Counted from the first letter of the stretch, positions 1 through 7,753 are shown. The stretch: DNA of 20,000 nt from an uncultured virus (IMG/VR IMGVR_UViG_2860841867_000002) (IMGVR_UViG_2860841867_000002:47746-67745), one strand, 5' to 3'. Notes: generated by a model not told the origin, from the sequence alone. Numbers and translations: made by a program.

Positions 1-778
1 TTTCGATGCCGAACGCCCGCATATCCGGAGACTTTTCGAACTCTCCTTCCGGATACACCCACGATTTCTTAGCCGCGTTCACGTAGAGGATGACGTAAAG
101 GTCGACGCCGTACATCGGACCGTAGGCGACGCATTGCTTGACGTGCTTTTCTTCCGGCTGCCACATCGAATGGAGGGACGTCTTTGCAGCGGTAGTCTGC
201 TTCGATTTAATCTCGAGGCCGACGCGCAGCACTTCGCCGTCTTCCGTTACGTAGCGCATGATGCCGTCGCACGTTCCGTAAAGGTTGAACGAGTATCCAC
301 GATGTGTGACCGGATGATTCCTTTTCGCGAAATCCTCGAACATCGGCGTTCCGTCTTCGTTCTTTTCGAAGCTGAACGGACAGGGGCGGCCAGTCTTCTT
401 CTCGAAATGTTTCTCCATGAAGAGAATGTCGCGCTGGATCACGTCACCGATCGCTGTACCAATTCGAGTCCACCGTCCTTGATACGGAGGCTTTTTCGTT
501 TCGTCCCTCGGAGATCCGATCGCTTTATGGTATAGCTCGCGCGGGCAAGCGTTAGCAGATGACGGCGAGAAATACGGCTTCTTCGGAAATACTTTCGGAG
601 CATTGGCGTACCATTTATGAATCTGCGCGTCCAGGGCGTTATCCCACGTCTCCGGCAGCGAGTGCCATTCGTTCAGATATTCGACCAATTCGTCCGCAAT
701 CTGCTGCGCGTATGTGGTCGGTTCTTTTATGTGTGCCCGCAGTGAATTTGCGGCTGATCTTCCGTTTATATTCGTCAA
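1..778 (-). CDS. Cas4-like PD-(D/E)XK exonuclease, 3' end outside window (not in ORF track)
   Basis: Manual translation from TTG at 778 (directly after the polymerase stop, RBS GAAGGAGA) stays open to the window edge: MTNINGRSAA...YFSPSSANACPRELY...GTAIG...GTCDG...LEIKS...KHVKQCVAYG. These match Cas4/RecB-type motifs. Confidence 0.8.
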   Translation of the reverse strand, partial: MTNINGRSAANSLRAHIKEPTTYAQQIADELVEYLNEWHSLPETWDNALDAQIHKWYANAPKVFPKKPYFSPSSANACPRELYHKAIGSPRDETKKPPYQGRWTRIGTAIGDVIQRDILFMEKHFEKKTGRPCPFSFEKNEDGTPMFEDFAKRNHPVTHRGYSFNLYGTCDGIMRYVTEDGEVLRVGLEIKSKQTTAAKTSLHSMWQPEEKHVKQCVAYGPMYGVDLYVILYVNAAKKSWVYPEGEFEKSPDMRAFGIE

Positions 779-3076
779 TTAATCGTCTCCCTTCGTTTTA
801 AACCACTCTTCCACGGGAACTCCTTCGCCCCATCTTCGCATCACTTCGATATCTGTTCCGTTAGGTACAACGTCTCCCCAACGATATGAATTAAGCATGA
901 TATCGCGAATGTCTTGCGCTTCCTCCCACGTAAAATCCTCCGGAACTTCGAATATCAATTCGTCATGTACCGTTGACCACAGCGCCCAGCCCGGTTTGTT
1001 AGCGCAATATTCATGAGCCTTAATCATCGTGACCTTCGTTTGTATAGACGACGATCCTTGAACGCGGGCATTTGTCGCCTGCCTCAAAGCACGATTGATC
1101 CGCGAGTTATGTTTCCTGGCGTCCTCATATTTCGGATCATTCCATTTTCCATACGGAATAGGTTTTCGAGGTAATTTAGCGTCCGGAAGCCGTCGTTTTC
1201 GCGCCTTTAGATCAGCCCAAACGTATCCGTTTTTTCGCACAAACTCCTCGTTTTCTTTTAGCCAAGCCGATAACTTCGGCATACTTCCGAATAGCTCACC
1301 CTTAAACTTTGTCGCCTCTTTTTTATTAACGCCTAGCATATCCGCAAGAGAATAGTCACTCATCCCATAAAGTGTCGCTAACCACACGACCTTCATTTGC
1401 TTACGCTCCTTAGTGTCTGAGCCATCGGCGTTTTTATAGACTTCCTCGTACGGACGCTTATAGAAGTTTGATGCCATCATAGCGTAAGGATCGCGCTCCT
1501 CTAAAAACGCGTTTATCAGTACCGGCTCTCCGGATAAATAAGCCACACACCGAATCTCCTGCGCTTTAAAGTCGGCACCCAGCAACACTTTTCCGGGAGG
1601 AGGGCTAAACATCGGTCGGGCTTCTTGAGGCTGATTCTGTACGTTAAAGCCTTGATCTGTTTTATCCTCATCATCCTTGCCGGAGCTGAATCTTCCCGTT
1701 ACGGTTCCCATCGGATTAAAGCGCGAATGCCAACGCTTAGTTGTCGGATTTTGCTTCAATGGCAGAGTTTCAATGTAGGTACCGGAGAGCTTCGTAATTT
1801 TCTTGTACTCCAACAACTTTGCAATGACTTCGTGGTCGCCTTTTAGCGGCTTTAATGTTTTCTTTGCGTCCATGTTCGGAAGCTCTTTGCCGATCGCCTT
1901 CGAAAGTGCAGGGCGCATCTGTTGGGTTGAGTTTAGATTTAACGGACCATCGCCTTCATGGAACGGAGTCAGCTCCGTAACTAATTCCGACCGCAACTCT
2001 TCCGCACGCTTATGCAGTTTTTCTCCGTATTCCTTTGCGAAATCCAAGTCGAGGATATATCCGTTAGCCTCTAAATCGACAATTACATATAGCAACGGAA
2101 TCTCAACGGTTTGGTAATACTCCAAAATCGTAGGCATTTTTTCCATGTGTTGACGTTGAAATTTGTACAGCTTCCACGTTAATTCCGTATCTTTAGCTGC
2201 GTAAACTAGCGCGATGTCTAATGGCACTTCTTTGAATTGCGCGTCCCGACCAAACAATGCGTCGAACGTATCTGCCGGCGTTTTTAGATATTTTGGCGCC
2301 AAGTCTTTTAATTTAAATGAACCGGCACCACCCAATGTGCGATCACCTTCGTTTTCATTTAACATGTGCATCGCGGTCATCGTATCCCAAACGACGCCTT
2401 TCAGATCGAATCCATGTCGGCGGACCATCGCAATATCGAATATCGCGTTGTGCAGGACTTTTCCGATCGACTCATCGTTAAATACCGGCGCCAATCCTTC
2501 AAGCACGTATTCGCGACTCAGTTGCTCGCAATCTACGTGATCAACCGGTATATAAACGTGCCAGTCAGCGCTCGGAAGCGTGAGCGAAAGCCCGACGATA
2601 GCATCCGTATATACATCAACGCCGGTCGTTTCGGTATCCACTGCGATAATTTCTTCGCTACTTAACGCCTCAATTAAAGCCTGGAATCGGGCTTCAGTCG
2701 TAATTAATTCGTAGTTTTCCGGTGTATTCTCGACCATCTTCCGCAAAGTTTCTTCGCGCTGGGATTCTTGAAGCGTCTTCCATAATCGCATGGCCTCCGC
2801 CTTGCTGAACGCCTTCGGGTTGCCGGCCTTGTTCACGCAGTCAGACGGATTCCTTGCGAGCTTGCCCGCTTCCATTGCCGCCTTGACTTCGTTTAAGCGT
2901 TGGCGGTCAGTTTCCGATAGCTTGCTCGCGAATATGCGGCGCCAGCTTTCCTCGATCGGTTCGGCCTTTCTCGCCTTCTGCTTCCGCTTAGCTGTTTCAG
3001 CAACTTTTTCGTTCTTAACTTCGTCATTTTTAGGCGCCAAAGCGCTAAGATTCAACCGCAGATTTTCGAGTTCCAT
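779..3076 (-). CDS. Phage DNA polymerase, family A (3'-5' exonuclease plus polymerase)
   Basis: Exo I DTETTG, Exo II HNAIFD, Exo III YAAKD, TVTGRFSS, motif A ADFKAQEIR, motif B RKQMKVVWLATLYG, motif C VHDEL. ATG at 3076 fits the AAAGGAGG RBS better than GTG at 3082. Confidence 0.95.
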   Translation of the reverse strand: MELENLRLNLSALAPKNDEVKNEKVAETAKRKQKARKAEPIEESWRRIFASKLSETDRQRLNEVKAAMEAGKLARNPSDCVNKAGNPKAFSKAEAMRLWKTLQESQREETLRKMVENTPENYELITTEARFQALIEALSSEEIIAVDTETTGVDVYTDAIVGLSLTLPSADWHVYIPVDHVDCEQLSREYVLEGLAPVFNDESIGKVLHNAIFDIAMVRRHGFDLKGVVWDTMTAMHMLNENEGDRTLGGAGSFKLKDLAPKYLKTPADTFDALFGRDAQFKEVPLDIALVYAAKDTELTWKLYKFQRQHMEKMPTILEYYQTVEIPLLYVIVDLEANGYILDLDFAKEYGEKLHKRAEELRSELVTELTPFHEGDGPLNLNSTQQMRPALSKAIGKELPNMDAKKTLKPLKGDHEVIAKLLEYKKITKLSGTYIETLPLKQNPTTKRWHSRFNPMGTVTGRFSSGKDDEDKTDQGFNVQNQPQEARPMFSPPPGKVLLGADFKAQEIRCVAYLSGEPVLINAFLEERDPYAMMASNFYKRPYEEVYKNADGSDTKERKQMKVVWLATLYGMSDYSLADMLGVNKKEATKFKGELFGSMPKLSAWLKENEEFVRKNGYVWADLKARKRRLPDAKLPRKPIPYGKWNDPKYEDARKHNSRINRALRQATNARVQGSSSIQTKVTMIKAHEYCANKPGWALWSTVHDELIFEVPEDFTWEEAQDIRDIMLNSYRWGDVVPNGTDIEVMRRWGEGVPVEEWFKTKGDD

Positions 3077-3109
3077 TCGCACCCTCCTTTCTCGCGTGAT
3101 GGGTTCGGT

Positions 3110-3262
3110 CTACTCCGAGATAAAATTTACGGCACCGAAAAATAACGCCATAGATACGTATAATCCAGCGAATAGCCATTCCGAATTGTATATAGCGATT
3201 ACGGACAATGCAGAATTATAGATACCGAAGACATAAGCGAATGCCCTATTCGACCTGCTCAT
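3110..3262 (-). CDS. Small hydrophobic (probable membrane) protein, 50 aa (not in ORF track)
   Basis: MSRSNRAFAYVFGIYNSALSVIAIYNSEWLFAGLYVSMALFFGAVNFISE; GGAGGAGG RBS; ATGA overlap with the upstream gene. Confidence 0.7.
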   Translation of the reverse strand: MSRSNRAFAYVFGIYNSALSVIAIYNSEWLFAGLYVSMALFFGAVNFISE

Positions 3263-3438
3263 AAATCGACCTCCTCCGTCCATTTCCGCTTGTATTCCAC
3301 CTCATTGTCCGCATACCAATCCGACCAGCAAGCGTTGTCGCAAAAGTACCGGTCGAAGAGCGAATCGTATGTTGCGGATCGCCCTTCGTTCATTACCCGG
3401 CTACATGCGGCGCAGATGGCGGCAGGTTTTGCGTCCAC
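3259..3438 (-). CDS. Small zinc-finger-like protein, 59 aa (not in ORF track)
   Basis: GTG directly after the upstream stop; MDAKPAAICAACSRVM...RYFCDNACWSDW has CxxC and FCxxxC. Confidence 0.7.
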   Translation of the reverse strand: MDAKPAAICAACSRVMNEGRSATYDSLFDRYFCDNACWSDWYADNEVEYKRKWTEEVDL

Positions 3439-4488
3439 TTACTCGTCGCCCTTTCGATCGAAACGCGCTTCGACTGGCGCTATTAGTTCGATGCTTGACT
3501 GATTTTCTGTGCAATTTCCGTGGTTCTGTGTAGCGACTTTTACTCGACCGTCCTCGCCGACAGCCAAAACCTCGCAAATTTCCCCATCATATAAATACTG
3601 AACCATATCACCGGCCTTATACTCGCCCACCTCGCGTCCGATTGCGGCCCATTTCTTACGCTCGGCGGCTGCGCGTTTTGCTTCGGCAACTTCTTCGTCA
3701 GTGGCGCGGACGAGTTCATCTTCGTAAAAAATTCCGGCTTCGTTTCCGTTTAATTTTTCGCAATGGAAAGGTGCGAAATCTTTGTCGTCTCTTTTTACTA
3801 GTACGATTTCATCAATTTCCGCATAATGACCGCTTTCGTTCCTGACCACCTTCGCATAATCACCGACTTTCAGGCGTTCAGGCTTCGGCTCGGCGGCGCT
3901 GACTTTGCGGTAGACTTCGAAATCATCGGCACAGTAAGTGTCAAAACCGTCACCGTCGTCATCCCGGATTTGAGGATCTCCGCAACCATCTACGCGATAG
4001 ATTTCGTAATACTTACCTGCGGTTAGAAATTCGTTTGGAGCTTCGTCAAACTTAACGAAATCGCCCGCCTTCGCCTCGCTCTTGTCAATCCGTACGTATT
4101 CCGTCTTGGCTTCGCCTTTTAGCGCAGCAACGTCGGATTTTAGGGATTCGATATCCTTTTCGTTTGTGCTGACGCGATCTTCTAATGACGGTTGAGATGC
4201 GGAGACTTTGCGGAAGAGTATGCTATCCCCGTCTGTTACGGCGTTTCCGTGAAAGTCGTCTATTTCATCTCGGACAGATAACCGCGAAGTACCCTCGTCG
4301 CGTACTAGTAGGTAAAATCCGCCTAATTTAAGATCCGGATGCCTATGTCCGTTAAGTACCAAATCTCCGGATTTTCCGACACTTCTCGGAGTTCCTTCCA
4401 CACGCTCATACTCCGCACCGTTATACGCAACCTTCGTAATTTCACCGTTCACCATATCGAGAGTTTTAACGCCAGTAAGTTTCGACAT
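3439..4488 (-). CDS. Hypothetical phage protein with four repeated K(V/A/S)GD beta modules
   Basis: 349-aa ORF with GGAGGA RBS and internal repeats. Confidence 0.8.
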   Translation of the reverse strand: MSKLTGVKTLDMVNGEITKVAYNGAEYERVEGTPRSVGKSGDLVLNGHRHPDLKLGGFYLLVRDEGTSRLSVRDEIDDFHGNAVTDGDSILFRKVSASQPSLEDRVSTNEKDIESLKSDVAALKGEAKTEYVRIDKSEAKAGDFVKFDEAPNEFLTAGKYYEIYRVDGCGDPQIRDDDGDGFDTYCADDFEVYRKVSAAEPKPERLKVGDYAKVVRNESGHYAEIDEIVLVKRDDKDFAPFHCEKLNGNEAGIFYEDELVRATDEEVAEAKRAAAERKKWAAIGREVGEYKAGDMVQYLYDGEICEVLAVGEDGRVKVATQNHGNCTENQSSIELIAPVEARFDRKGDE

Positions 4489-4528
4489 CGAATCGTCCTC
4501 CTTTTATTGACCGTCCGACCCGGTAAGG

Positions 4529-4960
4529 TCAAACCGCCTCCGCTTCGTTATTTTCCACAAAATCTTCCCGCATGAAATTCAGATCCATTTCGACCCAGCG
4601 CTTGCCTTCCTTTACTGACGGCCCCCAATAGTCGGTAATGCCGCGATTATCGAACATCCAAACGCGAGGGAATTTTCCCTCACCGATCAGCACGCCGATG
4701 AAGAAGTCGACGTCGTCCGTCGTATAAGGCTGACCGTCTCCTTTGCGCCCTTCTACCGTTAAATAGCCGCGGTCTTCCCGACGATCACGAATCGTCTTAA
4801 CCTGGAACGTCTTCCATTCGCCAGTGCCCGGATCTCTTGCGCTGATATCGAAGGATTCTTCCGTCTCCGCTTTTGATACCGCCTGCCACCCGCTGGCTAA
4901 TAAAGCCGCGCGGGCGATCAGTTCGGAATATTTGCCGATAGTTTCCTTGAGATGCGCCAT
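4529..4960 (-). CDS. PD-(D/E)XK endonuclease (homing-endonuclease-like or Hjc-resolvase-like)
   Basis: GKYSE...FDI...FQVKT...YTTDDVDFF pattern. Confidence 0.7.
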   Translation of the reverse strand: MAHLKETIGKYSELIARAALLASGWQAVSKAETEESFDISARDPGTGEWKTFQVKTIRDRREDRGYLTVEGRKGDGQPYTTDDVDFFIGVLIGEGKFPRVWMFDNRGITDYWGPSVKEGKRWVEMDLNFMREDFVENNEAEAV

Positions 4961-4982
4961 TCAATCGTCCCCCCTCGTTTTA

Positions 4983-5738
4983 TTAAAACGGCAGATCATC
5001 GTCACTGATTTCGTTAGATTTTTCGTTATTAGATTCCGCTAATGGAGGCAGAACGGCTTTCTTGACGCCCTCTTTCGCTTCGTGAAGAATCTTAACGATG
5101 TCTTCTTCATCGCGGAAGTTAGCGAGTTCTTCGTATTTGTAGTCGATGCCGATAAACGCTTTTGCTTCTTCAAGAACATCGCCAGGTAGATCTCCAGTTT
5201 CTAACGAATAAGTCTTGTCGGACTGCTTAAAATGCACCGCTTGACCTACGAGTGTATAATCCGACTTGATTTTCTTGACCGGCTTCTCCGCTTTATCAAA
5301 ATCATCCATTAAACTGTTTGCGTGGAATTCCGCAATGTCTATAACGCGATAAGTTTTGTATGTCGGATCGTACACCGGTATCATAAAGAACATTTTTCGT
5401 TTTGCTCCCGCTTTGCACGAAATGCACTCATTTTTTCCTGGCTGGAAGTATTTTTTTAACTCGTCAACGCTGACGGTACTACGAGGGGAGTGCAAGCACG
5501 TATGCTTTCGGAATTTATGATCGTAGCCCTTTCCGGTGTATTCTCTGTTTTCATGTACGAAATAGACGTACCACTCATCGTACGGCGCAAGCATAACCAA
5601 CGTACGTCCTTCTTTGTTGATCTCCCCGCGACTTCCGACGCGGACATAACGCGTAACGCCCTCCGGGAATTCGCTTTCGCCGTTAGCCGCCTTATCACGT
5701 TCTTCTTCGCGCTCTTTCAAAATGTCTCTAATGCTCAT
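4983..5738 (-). CDS. Phage single-stranded DNA-binding protein (gp32-like)
   Basis: His/Cys metal-binding pattern (VHE...HTC...CISC), acidic tail SDDDLPF, position upstream of the polymerase. Confidence 0.75.
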   Translation of the reverse strand: MSIRDILKEREEERDKAANGESEFPEGVTRYVRVGSRGEINKEGRTLVMLAPYDEWYVYFVHENREYTGKGYDHKFRKHTCLHSPRSTVSVDELKKYFQPGKNECISCKAGAKRKMFFMIPVYDPTYKTYRVIDIAEFHANSLMDDFDKAEKPVKKIKSDYTLVGQAVHFKQSDKTYSLETGDLPGDVLEEAKAFIGIDYKYEELANFRDEEDIVKILHEAKEGVKKAVLPPLAESNNEKSNEISDDDLPF

Positions 5739-5760
5739 TCGATTTCCCCCTACGTTTTAA

Positions 5761-5897
5761 TTTTGAGGCTTTTCGCCCTCGCAAAATGCCGGTATCTGCG
5801 TCCGAAACGCCGCCAGCGCTAAGCCGTAGCGACGCGACTCTGTTACTTAACGGCCACCCCGACATTCTCCGAGCGCCGGGCCGCATATCCGCCGCCC
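5761..5897 (-). ncRNA. Putative structured RNA leader upstream of the SSB gene
   Basis: GC-rich intergenic segment with three hairpins whose G-U pairs favour the minus strand. No known family recognised. Confidence 0.4.
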
Positions 5898-5993
5898 TCA
5901 TTCGCCTTCTTCGCGATTAACTTCGTAAATAAGTCTGCAAATACAAAGCGCTGCAATCACCGCAAATATTTCGAATAGCCATGCGTTAGACAT
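5898..5993 (-). CDS. 31-aa single-pass membrane peptide (not in ORF track)
   Basis: MSNAWLFEIFAVIAALCICRLIYEVNREEGE; AGAGGAG RBS; overlaps the upstream stop. Confidence 0.55.
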   Translation of the reverse strand: MSNAWLFEIFAVIAALCICRLIYEVNREEGE

Positions 5994-6510
5994 AGGCAGC
6001 GACTCCTCTCGCTGTACGCGTCAGTTCGCGTCTTAATTCGTGCGATTCCGCCGGCAATTCGTCAATACGCATACGAACCGCATTAATTCGAGATTGCAAC
6101 GCCAATTTCGTCGGTAATGACCGGGCGCGCGACAAACGGTCTTCTAAATGTGCGATCTCTTCTTCGAGTTCATCGCGAAACTTATCGATCCTAGCCACCT
6201 CTTCCGTAATTTGTTGCGACATTTTCGTAATTTCTTCCGTAATGAAATTCGTCACTTTACGCCGAATACGATTGATGCATCCTTTATTCGGTGGGATCAC
6301 GGTTTTAACAACGTCTACATCTACCGCAAGCATGAACGTTGCTCCACGATGGGAATACATCCGAGCATCTTTTCCGTTGTTGTCCGGACCGATGCCGCAG
6401 TAAATCGCATTAGATAACATCTGCGACGCCCATGCTTCCGGCGTTTGGTTGCCGATCTTAAAGCGCTTGGTAATTCGTTTCTTTGCGTGGTGAGATAGCG
6501 TGACTTTCAT
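5986..6510 (-). CDS. Hypothetical protein (N-terminal HAxxR domain, C-terminal coiled coil)
   Basis: Likely start MKVTLSHHAKKR at 6510 by ATGA overlap with the upstream small ORF. Confidence 0.75.
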   Translation of the reverse strand: MKVTLSHHAKKRITKRFKIGNQTPEAWASQMLSNAIYCGIGPDNNGKDARMYSHRGATFMLAVDVDVVKTVIPPNKGCINRIRRKVTNFITEEITKMSQQITEEVARIDKFRDELEEEIAHLEDRLSRARSLPTKLALQSRINAVRMRIDELPAESHELRRELTRTARGVAAYV

Positions 6511-6659
6511 CCGACCCGCACCGCCTGTATCGAAAGTGGACGGTAGTAGTCCGCCGGATCTTCGTCGACCGGCCATGCGCCTTGATATAAAATTTCGGTA
6601 AGTTTGCGCTGATCTAGCGCTGGATACGTATTGGAATCGGTAATTTTGGGGATATTCAT
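6507..6659 (-). CDS. Hypothetical 50-aa protein (not in ORF track)
   Basis: MNIPKITDSNTYPALDQRKLTEILYQGAWPVDEDPADYYRPLSIQAVRVG; GGAGG RBS; coupled to the next gene. Confidence 0.65.
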   Translation of the reverse strand: MNIPKITDSNTYPALDQRKLTEILYQGAWPVDEDPADYYRPLSIQAVRVG

Positions 6660-6728
6660 AGTACGTTCGCCTCCATATTATTTAGGTAAAACGCACTAGA
6701 TCGGAAGGTGTGTTCGCATTCTGTTCGC

Positions 6729-6757
6729 TTGTCTTTTGACAACAGATTGTATATGAT
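6729..6757 (+). promoter_or_regulatory. Putative sigma-A promoter pointing antisense into the sigma-factor gene
   Basis: TTGTCT-N17-TATGAT. Confidence 0.45.
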
Positions 6758-6795
6758 GAGGGTGTAGCGATGCCTTCCGGGCTAGTTACGCTAAG

Positions 6796-7410
6796 TTATT
6801 TCGCAAACAAATAGTCTCGGTAATCACCGAACTGTTGAGTATCGAAGTAGCCTGCCAGCTTTTCGAGTTTGCGAATGACTGTCATGTGATGGACGCCTAA
6901 CTTCTTACCGATTGCCGTCGGCGTTGGGCGTTCACACGCTAGGAACGTCTCAACAATTACTTTTGTTGTTTCGTCCGATTTTTCAACCAAATTGTCGATC
7001 AGTTGCCGCTGATCGGCTCTTTTTTTTCTGAAAAATAAATTCTCTGGTGTATCTTCTGCGACGACTCTCAGCGTTGCCGCGCCTTCATCGCCATTCGAAG
7101 ATAACCCACACTCTAACACTTCATTCTGATGCCTTTTCTTTTTATTCCTATAAAGATTCGCTCGTTTATTTTTTAGACTGAACTTAAAATAGTTTTCGAA
7201 GTCATGTTCACCGGAATAAGAAGCAACACAATTCATAAGGACATCCTCGTATAATGCTAACACCTCCGGAACGCTAGCCCTCAACGATCGCGCCACCTCT
7301 TCAAATGTCGATCGCATCGGAGTGATGGTTAGGTCATAAATCTCTGTGAAGGAATTATTACTTCTTGTCTTTTGATAATTCAATACCAGGCTATTCAGTT
7401 TTTCTTTCAA
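6796..7410 (-). CDS. Phage sigma-70-family RNA polymerase sigma factor
   Basis: Region-2-like YEDVLMNCVASY...FENYFKFSLKNKRANLYR and C-terminal HTH PTAIGKKLGVHHMTVIRKL; 204 aa; AAGGAGG RBS with TTG start. Confidence 0.8.
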   Translation of the reverse strand: MKEKLNSLVLNYQKTRSNNSFTEIYDLTITPMRSTFEEVARSLRASVPEVLALYEDVLMNCVASYSGEHDFENYFKFSLKNKRANLYRNKKKRHQNEVLECGLSSNGDEGAATLRVVAEDTPENLFFRKKRADQRQLIDNLVEKSDETTKVIVETFLACERPTPTAIGKKLGVHHMTVIRKLEKLAGYFDTQQFGDYRDYLFAK

Positions 7411-7430
7411 AAACTTTCACCCTCCTTTTT

Positions 7431-7467
7431 TCACTTAATAATACCCGCGACATTTTAAAGCCGCACA
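7431..7467 (-). promoter_or_regulatory. 37-bp promoter-like motif, copy upstream of the sigma gene
   Basis: TGTGCGGCTTTAAAATGTCGCGGGTATTATTAAGTGA, nearly identical to 18441-18477. Confidence 0.65.
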
Positions 7468-7508
7468 TAATTTCTTAATTTTTTTCTAAGTTTTTCTTCT
7501 GTAAAGAA

Positions 7509-7576
7509 ATAATAACATGTAATTTGGATAATTCTTCTCTATCACACTATGTTTCCGAAAAATAATTTAATGTAAT
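7509..7576 (-). promoter_or_regulatory. Putative AimR operator plus activator-dependent promoter
   Basis: Imperfect inverted repeat ATCACA-N24-TGTAAT (7541-7576) next to a non-consensus -35; extended -10 TGtTATTAT at 7509-7517. Confidence 0.5.
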
Positions 7577-7589
7577 GAATATTCGCAAA

Positions 7590-7616
7590 TAAAAGAAAAT
7601 CCCGTCGAATGACGGG
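7590..7616 (-). terminator. Rho-independent terminator after aimP
   Basis: CCCGTC-attc-GACGGG followed by ATTTTCTTTT on the minus strand. Confidence 0.75.
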
Positions 7617-7630
7617 CTAAAAAAGAAAAA

Positions 7631-7753
7631 TCAACCACCTGGGACTGGGTCTGCTAACTGTGTTGTATTATCTTCTGTCACATTATTAATTAACGAACTT
7701 CCCGCTAGCAGAACCACCGCTGTAAATAAAACTGCCAATAAAATCTTTTTCAA
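7631..7753 (-). CDS. aimP: Arbitrium signalling pro-peptide, 40 aa (not in ORF track)
   Basis: MKKILLAVLFTAVVLLAGSSLINNVTEDNTTQLADPVPGG: Sec signal peptide, polar linker, QLA then DPVPGG. RBS AAGGGAGAGG; overlaps the aimR 3' end. Confidence 0.85.
   Translation of the reverse strand: MKKILLAVLFTAVVLLAGSSLINNVTEDNTTQLADPVPGG

Noticed and set aside
300..313. 14-bp inverted match to 18761-18774 (CCGGTCACACATCG)
   Set aside because: About one 14-mer match is expected by chance in 20 kb, and this copy is inside a coding region.
779..3082. Intron or intein in the polymerase
   Set aside because: The ORF is continuous, motif spacing is normal and there are no intein terminal motifs.
134..5822. Plus-strand ORFs in the track across this interval, and similar ones at 10265-19688
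   Set aside because: They are antisense shadows of well-supported minus-strand genes with no recognisable motifs.
5761..5897. Self-cleaving ribozyme, tRNA or preQ1 riboswitch
   Set aside because: No hammerhead CUGAUGA core, no HDV L3/J4-2, twister or pistol consensus, no T-loop/anticodon arrangement and no preQ1 signature.
6695..6786. Invertible promoter
   Set aside because: The arms mismatch in their interior and no invertase is in the window; kept only as a check on raw reads.
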